Source: Promethearchaeota archaeon
GTDB taxonomy: Archaea; Asgardarchaeota; Lokiarchaeia; Sigyniarchaeales; SOKP01
Assembly: GCA_013375475.1 (NCBI GenBank)
Contig: JABXKD010000040.1
Coordinates: 1 to 31,614, forward strand
Reading direction: 5' to 3'
DNA: 31,614 bases
Of the stretch, positions 1-8,202 are shown piece after piece. A program made the translations under genes and the position numbers. How positions within the stretch are numbered: position 1 is the stretch's first letter; each line of letters begins with the position of its first letter. The notes under the pieces are model-generated. The model ran no database searches. It was not told where the DNA came from and saw only the letters and a program-made list of their open reading frames with translations.

Positions 1-735
1 TAAAGCGCTAATATCTCCATTTTTAATACCTAATTCTTGAAATAATTTAGTATTGCTTTTAATTGTCGGTTTCGTATCCATTATTGGAGCACTTTGAATA
101 ATAGCTCTATGAAAAAGGCCTTTAGTTAAGGGAATCGAGGTTAAAATTAATGCTGATAAAGCACCTGCAGATTCACCGAAGATTGTAATGTTATTTGGAT
201 TACCACCAAATTTTTCAATGTTCTTTTTGATCCACTTTAAAGCGGCAATTTGATCGAGGATCCCAATATTAGCTATTTGATCTTCAATATATAAAAAACC
301 AAAAGCCCCTAACCTATAATTTAGCGTTACAACAACCACATTTCCTTTCCGCGCTAGTTGTGTGCCATCAACACCATACCAGATATCAGCACCTCCTCCA
401 AATATAAAAGAACCTCCATGTATATATACCATCACAGGCCGAGATTCATTGTCTGTTTCTGGAGTCCATATGTTTAATGAAAGGCAATTATCTTCATTTT
501 GGTTTTCAAAATGACCAAACATCTCCTCTAATAATGTAAATCCTTGTGGTGCGTATGGTCCAAATTCAGTAGCCTTTAGAATACATTCCCACCCCTTATG
601 TACTTGTGGAGGTTGGAAGCGTAATGCGTCAATTGGTGGGCTTGCATAGGAAATTCCTTTAAAAATGGTTATTCCGTCTTTAATAAAACCTTGAACTCTC
701 CCAGACAAAGTATTTATGATTGTAGATTTCTTCAC
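1..735 (-). CDS. Carboxylesterase type B (para-nitrobenzyl esterase-like alpha/beta hydrolase), 3' end truncated by window edge
   Basis: Not in the ORF track; translated by hand from GTG at 735: MKKSTIINTLSGRVQGFIKDGITIFKGISYASPPIDALRFQPP..., with oxyanion motif YIHGGSF, NYRLG and nucleophile elbow FGESAG (codon at 180 in frame). Open to position 1. Confidence 0.93.
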   Translation of the reverse strand, partial: MKKSTIINTLSGRVQGFIKDGITIFKGISYASPPIDALRFQPPQVHKGWECILKATEFGPYAPQGFTLLEEMFGHFENQNEDNCLSLNIWTPETDNESRPVMVYIHGGSFIFGGGADIWYGVDGTQLARKGNVVVVTLNYRLGAFGFLYIEDQIANIGILDQIAALKWIKKNIEKFGGNPNNITIFGESAGALSALILTSIPLTKGLFHRAIIQSAPIMDTKPTIKSNTKLFQELGIKNGDISAL

Positions 736-830
736 TTCAGTTTAAACCTTTATATTATAATTTTTTGAACTTTTCTCTCATTATTCTTTTATCAACATAT
801 TAGCTTAATATTTCGTAGAAATTAAATAAC

Positions 831-844
831 AAAATAAAAAAAAA
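831..844 (-). terminator. Oligo-T (archaeal-type) terminator downstream of the SBP gene
   Basis: T9 run plus a further T tract on the minus strand about 15 nt after the stop at 859; no hairpin. Confidence 0.5.
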
Positions 845-858
845 GGTATTATTTTTAG

Positions 859-951
859 TTAAACGTTTTTTTTATGCTTTATATTGTAGGTTATGAAAGC
901 AATCAAGCCTAGTGTTACTAGTGTTAGTGTGAACATCGAAAAACCAGGAAT
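859..951 (-). other. PGF-CTERM/Loki-CTERM-like C-terminal sorting signal
   Basis: Pro-rich linker PPAPL, then IPGF, about 20 hydrophobic residues and basic tail KHKKNV-stop. Confidence 0.8.
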
Positions 952-3030
952 CAGGGGTGCTGGGGGTTCTATGTATGGATCATACATAATCCGAGCAGGT
1001 AATTGGAACATTTCATCAAAAACATAGTTCAATTGAAAGTCTCTGCTGATAGCGTAGAAATTTTTATCCTGTGAGATCATTATATAGCCGTATTGATAGT
1101 TTGTAAACCAATCAGCGTATTTGCTTAATAGCACCTGATATTCAGCGGGACTTGCAAAATTAAGTCCATCCAACCATTCATCAGCAGTAGAATTATAACT
1201 AAAGCCTAAATTCCACGGTTCACCATCTCCAAGCATCGCACCTACTGGCGGAAGAGTATCGGCCCAAGGCCATAACATGTTAAATGCACCTGCGGTATAG
1301 AAAGGATATGAAGAGCCCCCAAGCCACATCGAATTATAAATTGCTGTGAAGACACGGGGTGAATATTCCCATTCTGCAGATTGATTGGTAGCGCAACCGA
1401 TTTTTTCCATTGCATTATAAACTTCGTTGTTAACATCCTCGTGAGGTACATCCCAAGCGTAGTCAAATACATACAACGGGTTAGAAGCAGCTCGGGCAAC
1501 CCATTCAGCTTCTGTCCAAGTAGAAGATTCTGGAGGTGCTATTCCTCCATCTCTTAATGCTTGTCTTGCTATATCAAGATCATAATATGAGTAAGGAATA
1601 GAGTCATCGTACCATGGAGAACTTGTTCCAACAGGATATCTTACTCGAACCGCACGATTTTTCTTAGTTGCCGAGATATAAGTGTCGTAATCAAAGGCGT
1701 AGGATAAAGCTTTTCTGAACGCCCTTGGAACGCCTTTTCGAACACTCTTATCGCCGTAGTCCATCCAGGATCCAGGGAGTGGGAATAATTCAGCATCAGG
1801 GATAGCCCAATCGTCAATACAGTTTAATGATATTATATTGATGTTTTGATCAAAAGTAGTATCATGCGCTGAAACAAAAGCAGAGGCTACAATATCGTCA
1901 TAATTAAGTGATTCAGTTGCATAGTGGAAACCAAAATCAACTTCTCCTGTAACTAAAGCTGTGTTACGAAGTGCTTCACCACCTCCTACGCCATATGGAA
2001 ACCAAACTAAATTCCAAGTATCAACTACAAAAGTGTCAATAGGCATAAATGGAGCATTCCACCAATCTTCATATTTTACCATTTTTCCTCCTGCTGGGGA
2101 ACCGCCCTCATCGTGGACAACAAACTTATAAGGACCAGTCCCTATCATATGTCCAGGGAAGCCAGTAGTAGGATAAGTTCCAGCTATTACTTGCGCTTCT
2201 GATGGTGTTTGTAGGAATGAAGGATCATTTCCATAACCGATAATAGGCACCTCGAAATAATCCTTATAAGCATCCATAGAAAGCATCATCACTCCCCAAC
2301 CTGACATACCACAAACTACACCGAGAAGACCTGAATTCCAGCTGTTTGATGTGATGTTTATCTTCCCTCCATATTCTAGATCTTCTACAATAGTACAATT
2401 GTTAATTATGGGTACGTATCCGCGCATAGCTTCGTCCTGCATACTTGGTCCACCCCAACTTCCATATTGTGGCATTGTATTATTGAACTTTGTTAGGTTC
2501 CAACTAGGAGTAAAATAATCCTCGAATTCGAGTGCTTCGACATACAAAACATGTTTCCATTTAGATAAGCCGTTTCCAGTCAAATTTCCATCAGCTATAA
2601 ACTTGCGATCAAAATTCCATTTTGCAACTGTTGCATTAAAAGGTGAACCATCATGGAAGGTAACATCATTTCGAAGTGTAAATTCAATTGATTTGATTCC
2701 ACCAGTTTGAAGTATATCTAGCGAATTATTCTCTTCAGGCCAATATTCTATTTCCCAGCTTGATGCAAGATGAGGAATCCAATCCGCTACTTGTCCAGAG
2801 AAATTCACATTAGCAACCCCCAATGTTTCCATTGCATTAAAACTATAATCTTGTACTGGACTTGAACCTCCATTTGAAATCGGATCCCAATCTTTAGCTT
2901 GACCACCAGTACCAGTAGAAAATTCAATAGGAGCAGTTTGGGCAACTACAGTCGGAATCATCGGAATTAAAGGAAAGCCCATAACGCTAAGCATAACCAC
3001 TATAAGAATATATTGGTTAATTTTTTTCAT
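859..3030 (-). CDS. dppA: ABC transporter substrate-binding protein, family 5 (DppA/OppA-like), with N-terminal signal peptide and C-terminal IPGF-TM-basic anchor
   Basis: SBP5 motifs LASSWE, FTLRNDVTFHDGSPFNA..AKWNFDR, IGTGPYKF and RKALSYAFDY. Start moved to ATG 3030 (MKKINQY + hydrophobic stretch) because the extension to 3147 is low-complexity and contains the likely TATA box. Confidence 0.9.
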   Translation of the reverse strand: MKKINQYILIVVMLSVMGFPLIPMIPTVVAQTAPIEFSTGTGGQAKDWDPISNGGSSPVQDYSFNAMETLGVANVNFSGQVADWIPHLASSWEIEYWPEENNSLDILQTGGIKSIEFTLRNDVTFHDGSPFNATVAKWNFDRKFIADGNLTGNGLSKWKHVLYVEALEFEDYFTPSWNLTKFNNTMPQYGSWGGPSMQDEAMRGYVPIINNCTIVEDLEYGGKINITSNSWNSGLLGVVCGMSGWGVMMLSMDAYKDYFEVPIIGYGNDPSFLQTPSEAQVIAGTYPTTGFPGHMIGTGPYKFVVHDEGGSPAGGKMVKYEDWWNAPFMPIDTFVVDTWNLVWFPYGVGGGEALRNTALVTGEVDFGFHYATESLNYDDIVASAFVSAHDTTFDQNINIISLNCIDDWAIPDAELFPLPGSWMDYGDKSVRKGVPRAFRKALSYAFDYDTYISATKKNRAVRVRYPVGTSSPWYDDSIPYSYYDLDIARQALRDGGIAPPESSTWTEAEWVARAASNPLYVFDYAWDVPHEDVNNEVYNAMEKIGCATNQSAEWEYSPRVFTAIYNSMWLGGSSYPFYTAGAFNMLWPWADTLPPVGAMLGDGEPWNLGFSYNSTADEWLDGLNFASPAEYQVLLSKYADWFTNYQYGYIMISQDKNFYAISRDFQLNYVFDEMFQLPARIMYDPYIEPPAPLIPGFSMFTLTLVTLGLIAFITYNIKHKKNV

Positions 3031-3108
3031 TTTTTTTCTCTTTTTATTAGTTTTATAAAATTCAAATTTTTTTATTAGATTTTTTCTAAGTATATTGAAT
3101 TTTTCATC

Positions 3109-3120
3109 TATATAAACTTT
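3109..3120 (-). promoter_or_regulatory. BRE/TATA promoter for the SBP gene
   Basis: Minus strand AAAG-TTTATATA about 80 nt upstream of ATG 3030; matches the archaeal TTTAWATA consensus. Confidence 0.55.
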
Positions 3121-3167
3121 AGATCTTGTAGATAGTGAATTACTCACGTAAAATTTAAAATTACTTC

Positions 3168-3181
3168 CAAAACTATTAAAA
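3168..3181 (+). promoter_or_regulatory. Probable BRE/TATA promoter for the divergent permease/ATPase operon
   Basis: CAAAAC-TATTAAAA about 55 nt upstream of ATG 3237. Confidence 0.4.
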
Positions 3182-3236
3182 AGTAAAGTAAACTCTTTTT
3201 GTTAACATTTTCATTAGAAAACACTTAAATTGAAGA

Positions 3237-3773
3237 ATGGGAAAGATTAAAGAGAAGTCAGCCCAAGGTAGGAATCATTCTACCAAAGAAATTAACAAGG
3301 GGCATGTGTCCATTAATTGGGGCCGCCAAGGAGGCGTAATTCTTTCATATCTCGTTGTTTTGATAGGTTTTTATGGAATAATTGCGAATATCATAATGGT
3401 AGATGCTTATGGAAATTGGATTTCTTATTTAGATCCTAGAATAGACGGAAGGATTCTTATCTGGCCTTATACAACTTACTTACAAACTTATTTTTTACCC
3501 ATTCTTTTATTATTTCTTATTAGTTTTATACTGACATATAAAGAAGATATCCCTTTGTATGGGATTAAAGCTTCACTCTGGTTAATACCTAGCATCATAA
3601 TTGAGGGTTTTGTTTTCTATTGGATGATGTTTGGTCTTTCACTCGAACCATTTGTCTTGCAATTTGGTACGGGAGAAGGGTATTTAAATATTTTAATTTT
3701 GTTTTTAATTACGATTACTGGTTCCTTTAGTGGTATGAAAATAAAACAACTGCTAAGTAGAAGAAAAAAGTAG
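3237..3773 (+). CDS. Hypothetical membrane protein (about 4 TM), first gene of the ABC operon
   Basis: 178-aa ORF with four hydrophobic segments and basic termini; no recognisable family; 52 nt upstream of dppB. Confidence 0.8.
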   Translation: MGKIKEKSAQGRNHSTKEINKGHVSINWGRQGGVILSYLVVLIGFYGIIANIIMVDAYGNWISYLDPRIDGRILIWPYTTYLQTYFLPILLLFLISFILTYKEDIPLYGIKASLWLIPSIIIEGFVFYWMMFGLSLEPFVLQFGTGEGYLNILILFLITITGSFSGMKIKQLLSRRKK

Positions 3774-3825
3774 TTTTAATAGGATTAATTAGTTTAAGAA
3801 AAACAACTATAGAAAGGATGGAAAT

Positions 3826-5121
3826 ATGGCTCGAAAACAAACAAATATGATAAAATATATCATAAAACGAATTTTACTTATGTTTCCTATGCTTTTAGCT
3901 GTTTTAATCGTAACATTTTTACTCTCTCAAATGATGATGGCAGACCCTAGTATGAGTTTATTAAATATTGGAATGGATGAAGGTGCACTTCAAAGAGAGT
4001 TGGATAGATTGGGATTTCGAGACCCAATACATGTAAAACTTTGGAAGTATTTGGTAAATTTCTTTTCAGGCGATTGGGGAGTTTCTTATGTTGCAATGCC
4101 AGGAACTCCTGTATTGGATATGATTGGTAAAATTTGGCCCAAAACAATCGAATTAGTTTTACTCCCAATAATAATTGCTCCTATTATTGCTATCAAACTT
4201 GGAGTTACATCCGCAAAGCATAAAAATAAAAATAGGGATATTATTATACGATTTGTCGCGATTCTTGGAGCAGGTTTCCCAGTATTTTTTATAGCAAAAT
4301 TATTGCAAATGGTATTTTTCAACCTTAGAGTTATTACTTATGATGATATAAATCTACCACTCATGTACTCAAATTCGCCATTGTACTTGGGTTATACATC
4401 AGCAGAGATTGTTCCACCACCCCCATTATTCACGCTAAGTTATTTAATCGTGTTGATATTTTTGATTATTGGTATTGTTCTAGTTTATAAAGGAGCTGTT
4501 TCTTTAAAAAGGAAATTTGTGTCCTTTAGAGAGAAAGAAGATAAATCTAAGCGGACTAAATATATAATTTTGGGAGTATCTTTTATCGCAATCTGCTCAA
4601 TTCTACTTATATTCTTAACTTCTGTTTTATACTCATTTTCATACGGTACAGGATTTAGAATAATTGATGCCATATTATTTAACAATCAACATCATTTATG
4701 GGATACACTAATTCATCTATTTATCCCCGTTATATGCATGGTATTTGTGTCTTTGGCTCCAATTACTAGACAAACGCGTTCAAGTATGTTAGACGTTATA
4801 GATCAAGATTATATCCGAACTGCTCGTGCTAAAGGTGTTGAAGAAAATACAGTCTTGAACAAACACGCTTTACGAAATTCGTTATTACCTACTAGTACTC
4901 TTATTATAGGAAACACAACTGCTGCTTTACTTGGATCGCTTTTTATAGAAATTAGTTTTAACTACACTGGTCTGGGATATTATATGGTTCGTTCTGTATT
5001 CATGGGTGACTATTTTGTGATACAAGGGATACTAGTATTTTCAACTATTATAATACTTATTGGTACACTCCTTACAGATGTGATGTATACAATTATAGAT
5101 CCAAGAGTTACTTATAATTAA
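3826..5121 (+). CDS. dppB: ABC transporter permease DppB/OppB-like, with an extra 2-TM insertion
   Basis: KYIIKRILL N-terminus, GDWGVS, TIEL, P.FF, TGF.IIDAIL, HL.IP, EAA loop RSSMLDVIDQDYIRTARAKGV, HALRNS and C-terminal DPRV. SD-like AGGATGG upstream. Confidence 0.95.
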   Translation: MARKQTNMIKYIIKRILLMFPMLLAVLIVTFLLSQMMMADPSMSLLNIGMDEGALQRELDRLGFRDPIHVKLWKYLVNFFSGDWGVSYVAMPGTPVLDMIGKIWPKTIELVLLPIIIAPIIAIKLGVTSAKHKNKNRDIIIRFVAILGAGFPVFFIAKLLQMVFFNLRVITYDDINLPLMYSNSPLYLGYTSAEIVPPPPLFTLSYLIVLIFLIIGIVLVYKGAVSLKRKFVSFREKEDKSKRTKYIILGVSFIAICSILLIFLTSVLYSFSYGTGFRIIDAILFNNQHHLWDTLIHLFIPVICMVFVSLAPITRQTRSSMLDVIDQDYIRTARAKGVEENTVLNKHALRNSLLPTSTLIIGNTTAALLGSLFIEISFNYTGLGYYMVRSVFMGDYFVIQGILVFSTIIILIGTLLTDVMYTIIDPRVTYN

Positions 5122-5143
5122 ACAACAAAAAAATGGGAATGTT

Positions 5144-6136
5144 ATGATACAAGTAAAAGAGATTGAAATAAAAGATATAGAAGTTAAGCAAAATCGTAAA
5201 GCAAAGATTAAAAAATATTTAAAATTCCTACTAATTCCTGGATGGCGAGACCCCGACATTACAGCTCAAGAATATGAAATTGAAAAAATTGAATCAAAAA
5301 GGAGGATATTCCGACGATTTCTAACTCCTCTAACAATAATAGGAATCATAATGATTTTATTTTGTGTCGTGCTTTCAGTTTTTGCGCCATGGTTAACAAC
5401 AATTCCGTTACAGGAAGTTACGTTACCCTATTATCCTTCGGGCGTCCTTCCTTTCGAACCACCTTCTCCAGATCATCCATTAGGGACAACTTTTTATGGA
5501 TACGATATTCTCGCGAGAATAATTTGGGGTGCTAGGACGACCCTCTCAATGGCATTAGTTCCCGTTATAATTGCTCAAATGGGAGGTCTTGTCTTTGGAA
5601 CAATTTCTGCCTATTTTGGAGGTTGGGTTGATAGCTTAATTATGCGCGTGGTGGATTTAATGTTTGTTTTTCCAATGATAATTCTTGTGATAGTCATTGC
5701 CCCTATGTTAGGCACTGATTTATTGACTACACTTACATTATATGGGTTGTTATTTATACCATTTTATACCAGATTTATGAGATCAACGGTACTCCAAGTA
5801 AAGCAAATGGTGTACGTAAAAGCGGCTAAAACTGGCGGAGCAAAAAAATTTAAAATAATGTTTAGGCACATCGTTCCAAATGCGCTCTCCCCAATGATAA
5901 TTCGCTTTTTTGGGGGGATGGCACGAACAATACTAGGAATAGCTAGTCTAGCGTGGCTTGGTTTAGTTGACCAAACTGTCGCCAACTGGGGAACAGATAT
6001 AAACTGGGCTCAAGAACAATTTACTGCGTTTATGGCCGCTGTTTGGCCAGGATTTTTCATAGGCATTGCCACAATAGGATTTATGCTATTAGGAGATGGA
6101 ATGAGAGATGCTTTAGATCCACGCTTACATATATAA
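5144..6136 (+). CDS. dppC: ABC transporter permease DppC/OppC-like
   Basis: PPSPDHPLGT..GYDILARIIWGAR, YFGGWVD..IMR.VD, EAA loop YVKAAKTGGA, RHIVPNALSP and GDGMRDALDPR. Confidence 0.95.
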   Translation: MIQVKEIEIKDIEVKQNRKAKIKKYLKFLLIPGWRDPDITAQEYEIEKIESKRRIFRRFLTPLTIIGIIMILFCVVLSVFAPWLTTIPLQEVTLPYYPSGVLPFEPPSPDHPLGTTFYGYDILARIIWGARTTLSMALVPVIIAQMGGLVFGTISAYFGGWVDSLIMRVVDLMFVFPMIILVIVIAPMLGTDLLTTLTLYGLLFIPFYTRFMRSTVLQVKQMVYVKAAKTGGAKKFKIMFRHIVPNALSPMIIRFFGGMARTILGIASLAWLGLVDQTVANWGTDINWAQEQFTAFMAAVWPGFFIGIATIGFMLLGDGMRDALDPRLHI

Positions 6137-6201
6137 ATACGTGTAAAAAGAAAATTAGGAGATGATTTATTATATTACAATTTTACCAACCAAATATCGT
6201 A

Positions 6202-8145
6202 ATGGCTATTATTGAGGTAATAATATCGAGTATACTCTTATTTATAATAGTTAATAGCTTGAATAACTGGCTTTCGGAAGAACATCAAATCCCGAAAAAA
6301 GTTAATATGAAAAGTAATCTTATAAGTGTTCTCATAGTTTTTGGTATATCACTGGGTATACGCTTGCCGTTTGAAAATTTAGGATATTATTTCGAATATT
6401 TTGTAATTTTTAATAACCAACCATTACATTTTGCTATAATGGCAACAATTTTCTTTCCTTTTCAACACATATTCGGGAGAAAAAGTTATAATTCTATAAA
6501 AGAGATTAAATCTTACCAAAAAGAAACAGTAGAAAATCACCATGAAATTGTAGATAGCCCTATTTCTAAGAAAAAATTATTTCAAAAGCTGTTAATAATA
6601 TTTGTAATTTTAACATGGGTAGTAGCTATAATATATACATCATTTGGACTACTTGGGATTGAAATACAAAATTTCGACTTAAGGGAGGCAGATATATTAC
6701 ATTTAGGGTTAATTTGGGCTATAATAATGATATTTGTCCTTGTAGTTCTTACTTCAATGTTAAACAGAACCTTGTCAATTGAAGTTAGACTTCCAAAGGA
6801 GGTACTTAGAAATAGTCAAATTATCGGAAGTATTGTTTCATTAGGAGTATGGGCTGTTCAGATCGTTATTTTTGAAATGTATTTATCCAGATTACTTGGG
6901 ATATGGCCATTCGAGCAAGATATTCGCGTCTTAATTGGAGTGGTTAGCAGTGTTTATATAGTTGTTTTTTATATTGGCACAAAGAAGGTATTTTTACCCA
7001 AAGCACATGAAAGAAGTAAATTGAAGATTCAAAATGCATTAGATTTACAGGAAACAGGTCAATCTAACTATCAGGAAGGAAAGAATGTAATTTTGGACGT
7101 GAAAAATCTCACTACCTATTTTTATACGGAAGAAGGAATTGTTCGTGCTGTAGAGGGCGTATCATTTAAAATCCTTGAAGGAGAAGTAGTAGGTCTTGTT
7201 GGTGAAACTGGTTGTGGGAAATCTGTTACTGCTTTATCAATTCTTCAATTAGTTCGTCCTCCGGGAAAAATAATAAAAGGTGAGGTGTTCTTCAAAGGCA
7301 AAGACTTAATGCAAGAATCCGAAAAAATACTTCAATATCGAGGAAAAGATATTACTATGATTTTTCAAGACCCTCTTAATTCCATTAATCCCGTTTTTAA
7401 AGTAGGAGATCAGATTTCTGAAGTATATCTCCTACACATGGAAAAAGAATTATTACTAGAAACCATAAATCACCCCGAAAAAAGTATTTATAGTACAGCT
7501 AAAGATTGGAGCGAAAATCTTTTAAGAGAATTAAATATTCCTGCTCCAGAGCAAATAGTAGATAGATATCCTCATGAATTAAGCGGTGGAATGCGACAGA
7601 GAATTCAGATTGCTATGGGATTGGCGTGCAGTCCTAAACTCCTAATAGCAGATGAACCCACAACCGCATTAGATGTCACCGTTCAAAACCAAATTCTAAA
7701 ATTAATGAAAGATCTTAAAAAAAAATACAATACTTCGATTCTATTTATCACTCACGATTTAGGTATTATTTCAAAGATGTGTGACCGAGTTGCTGTTATG
7801 TATAGCGGATTTATCGTTGAATATGGCAAGATTCAAAAATTATTTTCGAAGCCGTATCATCCCTATACAAAGGGACTTATAAGTTCCGTGCCGGTAGTAG
7901 GCAAAAAAAAGCACCGACTTGAAATTATATCAGGACTAGTACCTAATTTAATCTATCCCCCAACAGGATGTAGATTTCACCCTCGATGTAAATATTGCTT
8001 TGAACCTTGCGATTCAGAGCAACCGAAAAGCATAGAAGTCGAACCAAATTATTATGTAGCATGTTATCTTTACGATCTAGCTTATCACGATAAAGCAGAG
8101 ATTTCTATTAAAAAAGTTCAAGAAGAGGATAAGGCACCGAATTAG
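6202..8145 (+). CDS. dppD: DppD/OppD-like ABC ATPase fused to an N-terminal membrane domain of about 7 TM (true start may be ATT at 6169)
   Basis: NBD from about nt 7087: Walker A GETGCGKS, Q-loop IFQDP, YPHELSGGMRQR, Walker B LLIADEPT, FITHD, and C-terminal HPYT...GCRFHPRC Cys domain. The first 260 aa are strongly hydrophobic. Confidence 0.93.
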   Translation: MAIIEVIISSILLFIIVNSLNNWLSEEHQIPKKVNMKSNLISVLIVFGISLGIRLPFENLGYYFEYFVIFNNQPLHFAIMATIFFPFQHIFGRKSYNSIKEIKSYQKETVENHHEIVDSPISKKKLFQKLLIIFVILTWVVAIIYTSFGLLGIEIQNFDLREADILHLGLIWAIIMIFVLVVLTSMLNRTLSIEVRLPKEVLRNSQIIGSIVSLGVWAVQIVIFEMYLSRLLGIWPFEQDIRVLIGVVSSVYIVVFYIGTKKVFLPKAHERSKLKIQNALDLQETGQSNYQEGKNVILDVKNLTTYFYTEEGIVRAVEGVSFKILEGEVVGLVGETGCGKSVTALSILQLVRPPGKIIKGEVFFKGKDLMQESEKILQYRGKDITMIFQDPLNSINPVFKVGDQISEVYLLHMEKELLLETINHPEKSIYSTAKDWSENLLRELNIPAPEQIVDRYPHELSGGMRQRIQIAMGLACSPKLLIADEPTTALDVTVQNQILKLMKDLKKKYNTSILFITHDLGIISKMCDRVAVMYSGFIVEYGKIQKLFSKPYHPYTKGLISSVPVVGKKKHRLEIISGLVPNLIYPPTGCRFHPRCKYCFEPCDSEQPKSIEVEPNYYVACYLYDLAYHDKAEISIKKVQEEDKAPN

Positions 8146-8202
8146 CATAATTAACAACTTATATAATGTTATAAAAAAACTGAAACCTAAAAGGGAAAAA
8201 TA

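Noticed and set aside
3031-3147. 39-aa N-terminal extension of the SBP in the ORF track (GTG 3147)
   Set aside because: Lys-rich translation of AT-rich intergenic DNA that contains the probable TATA box; the signal peptide starts at ATG 3030.
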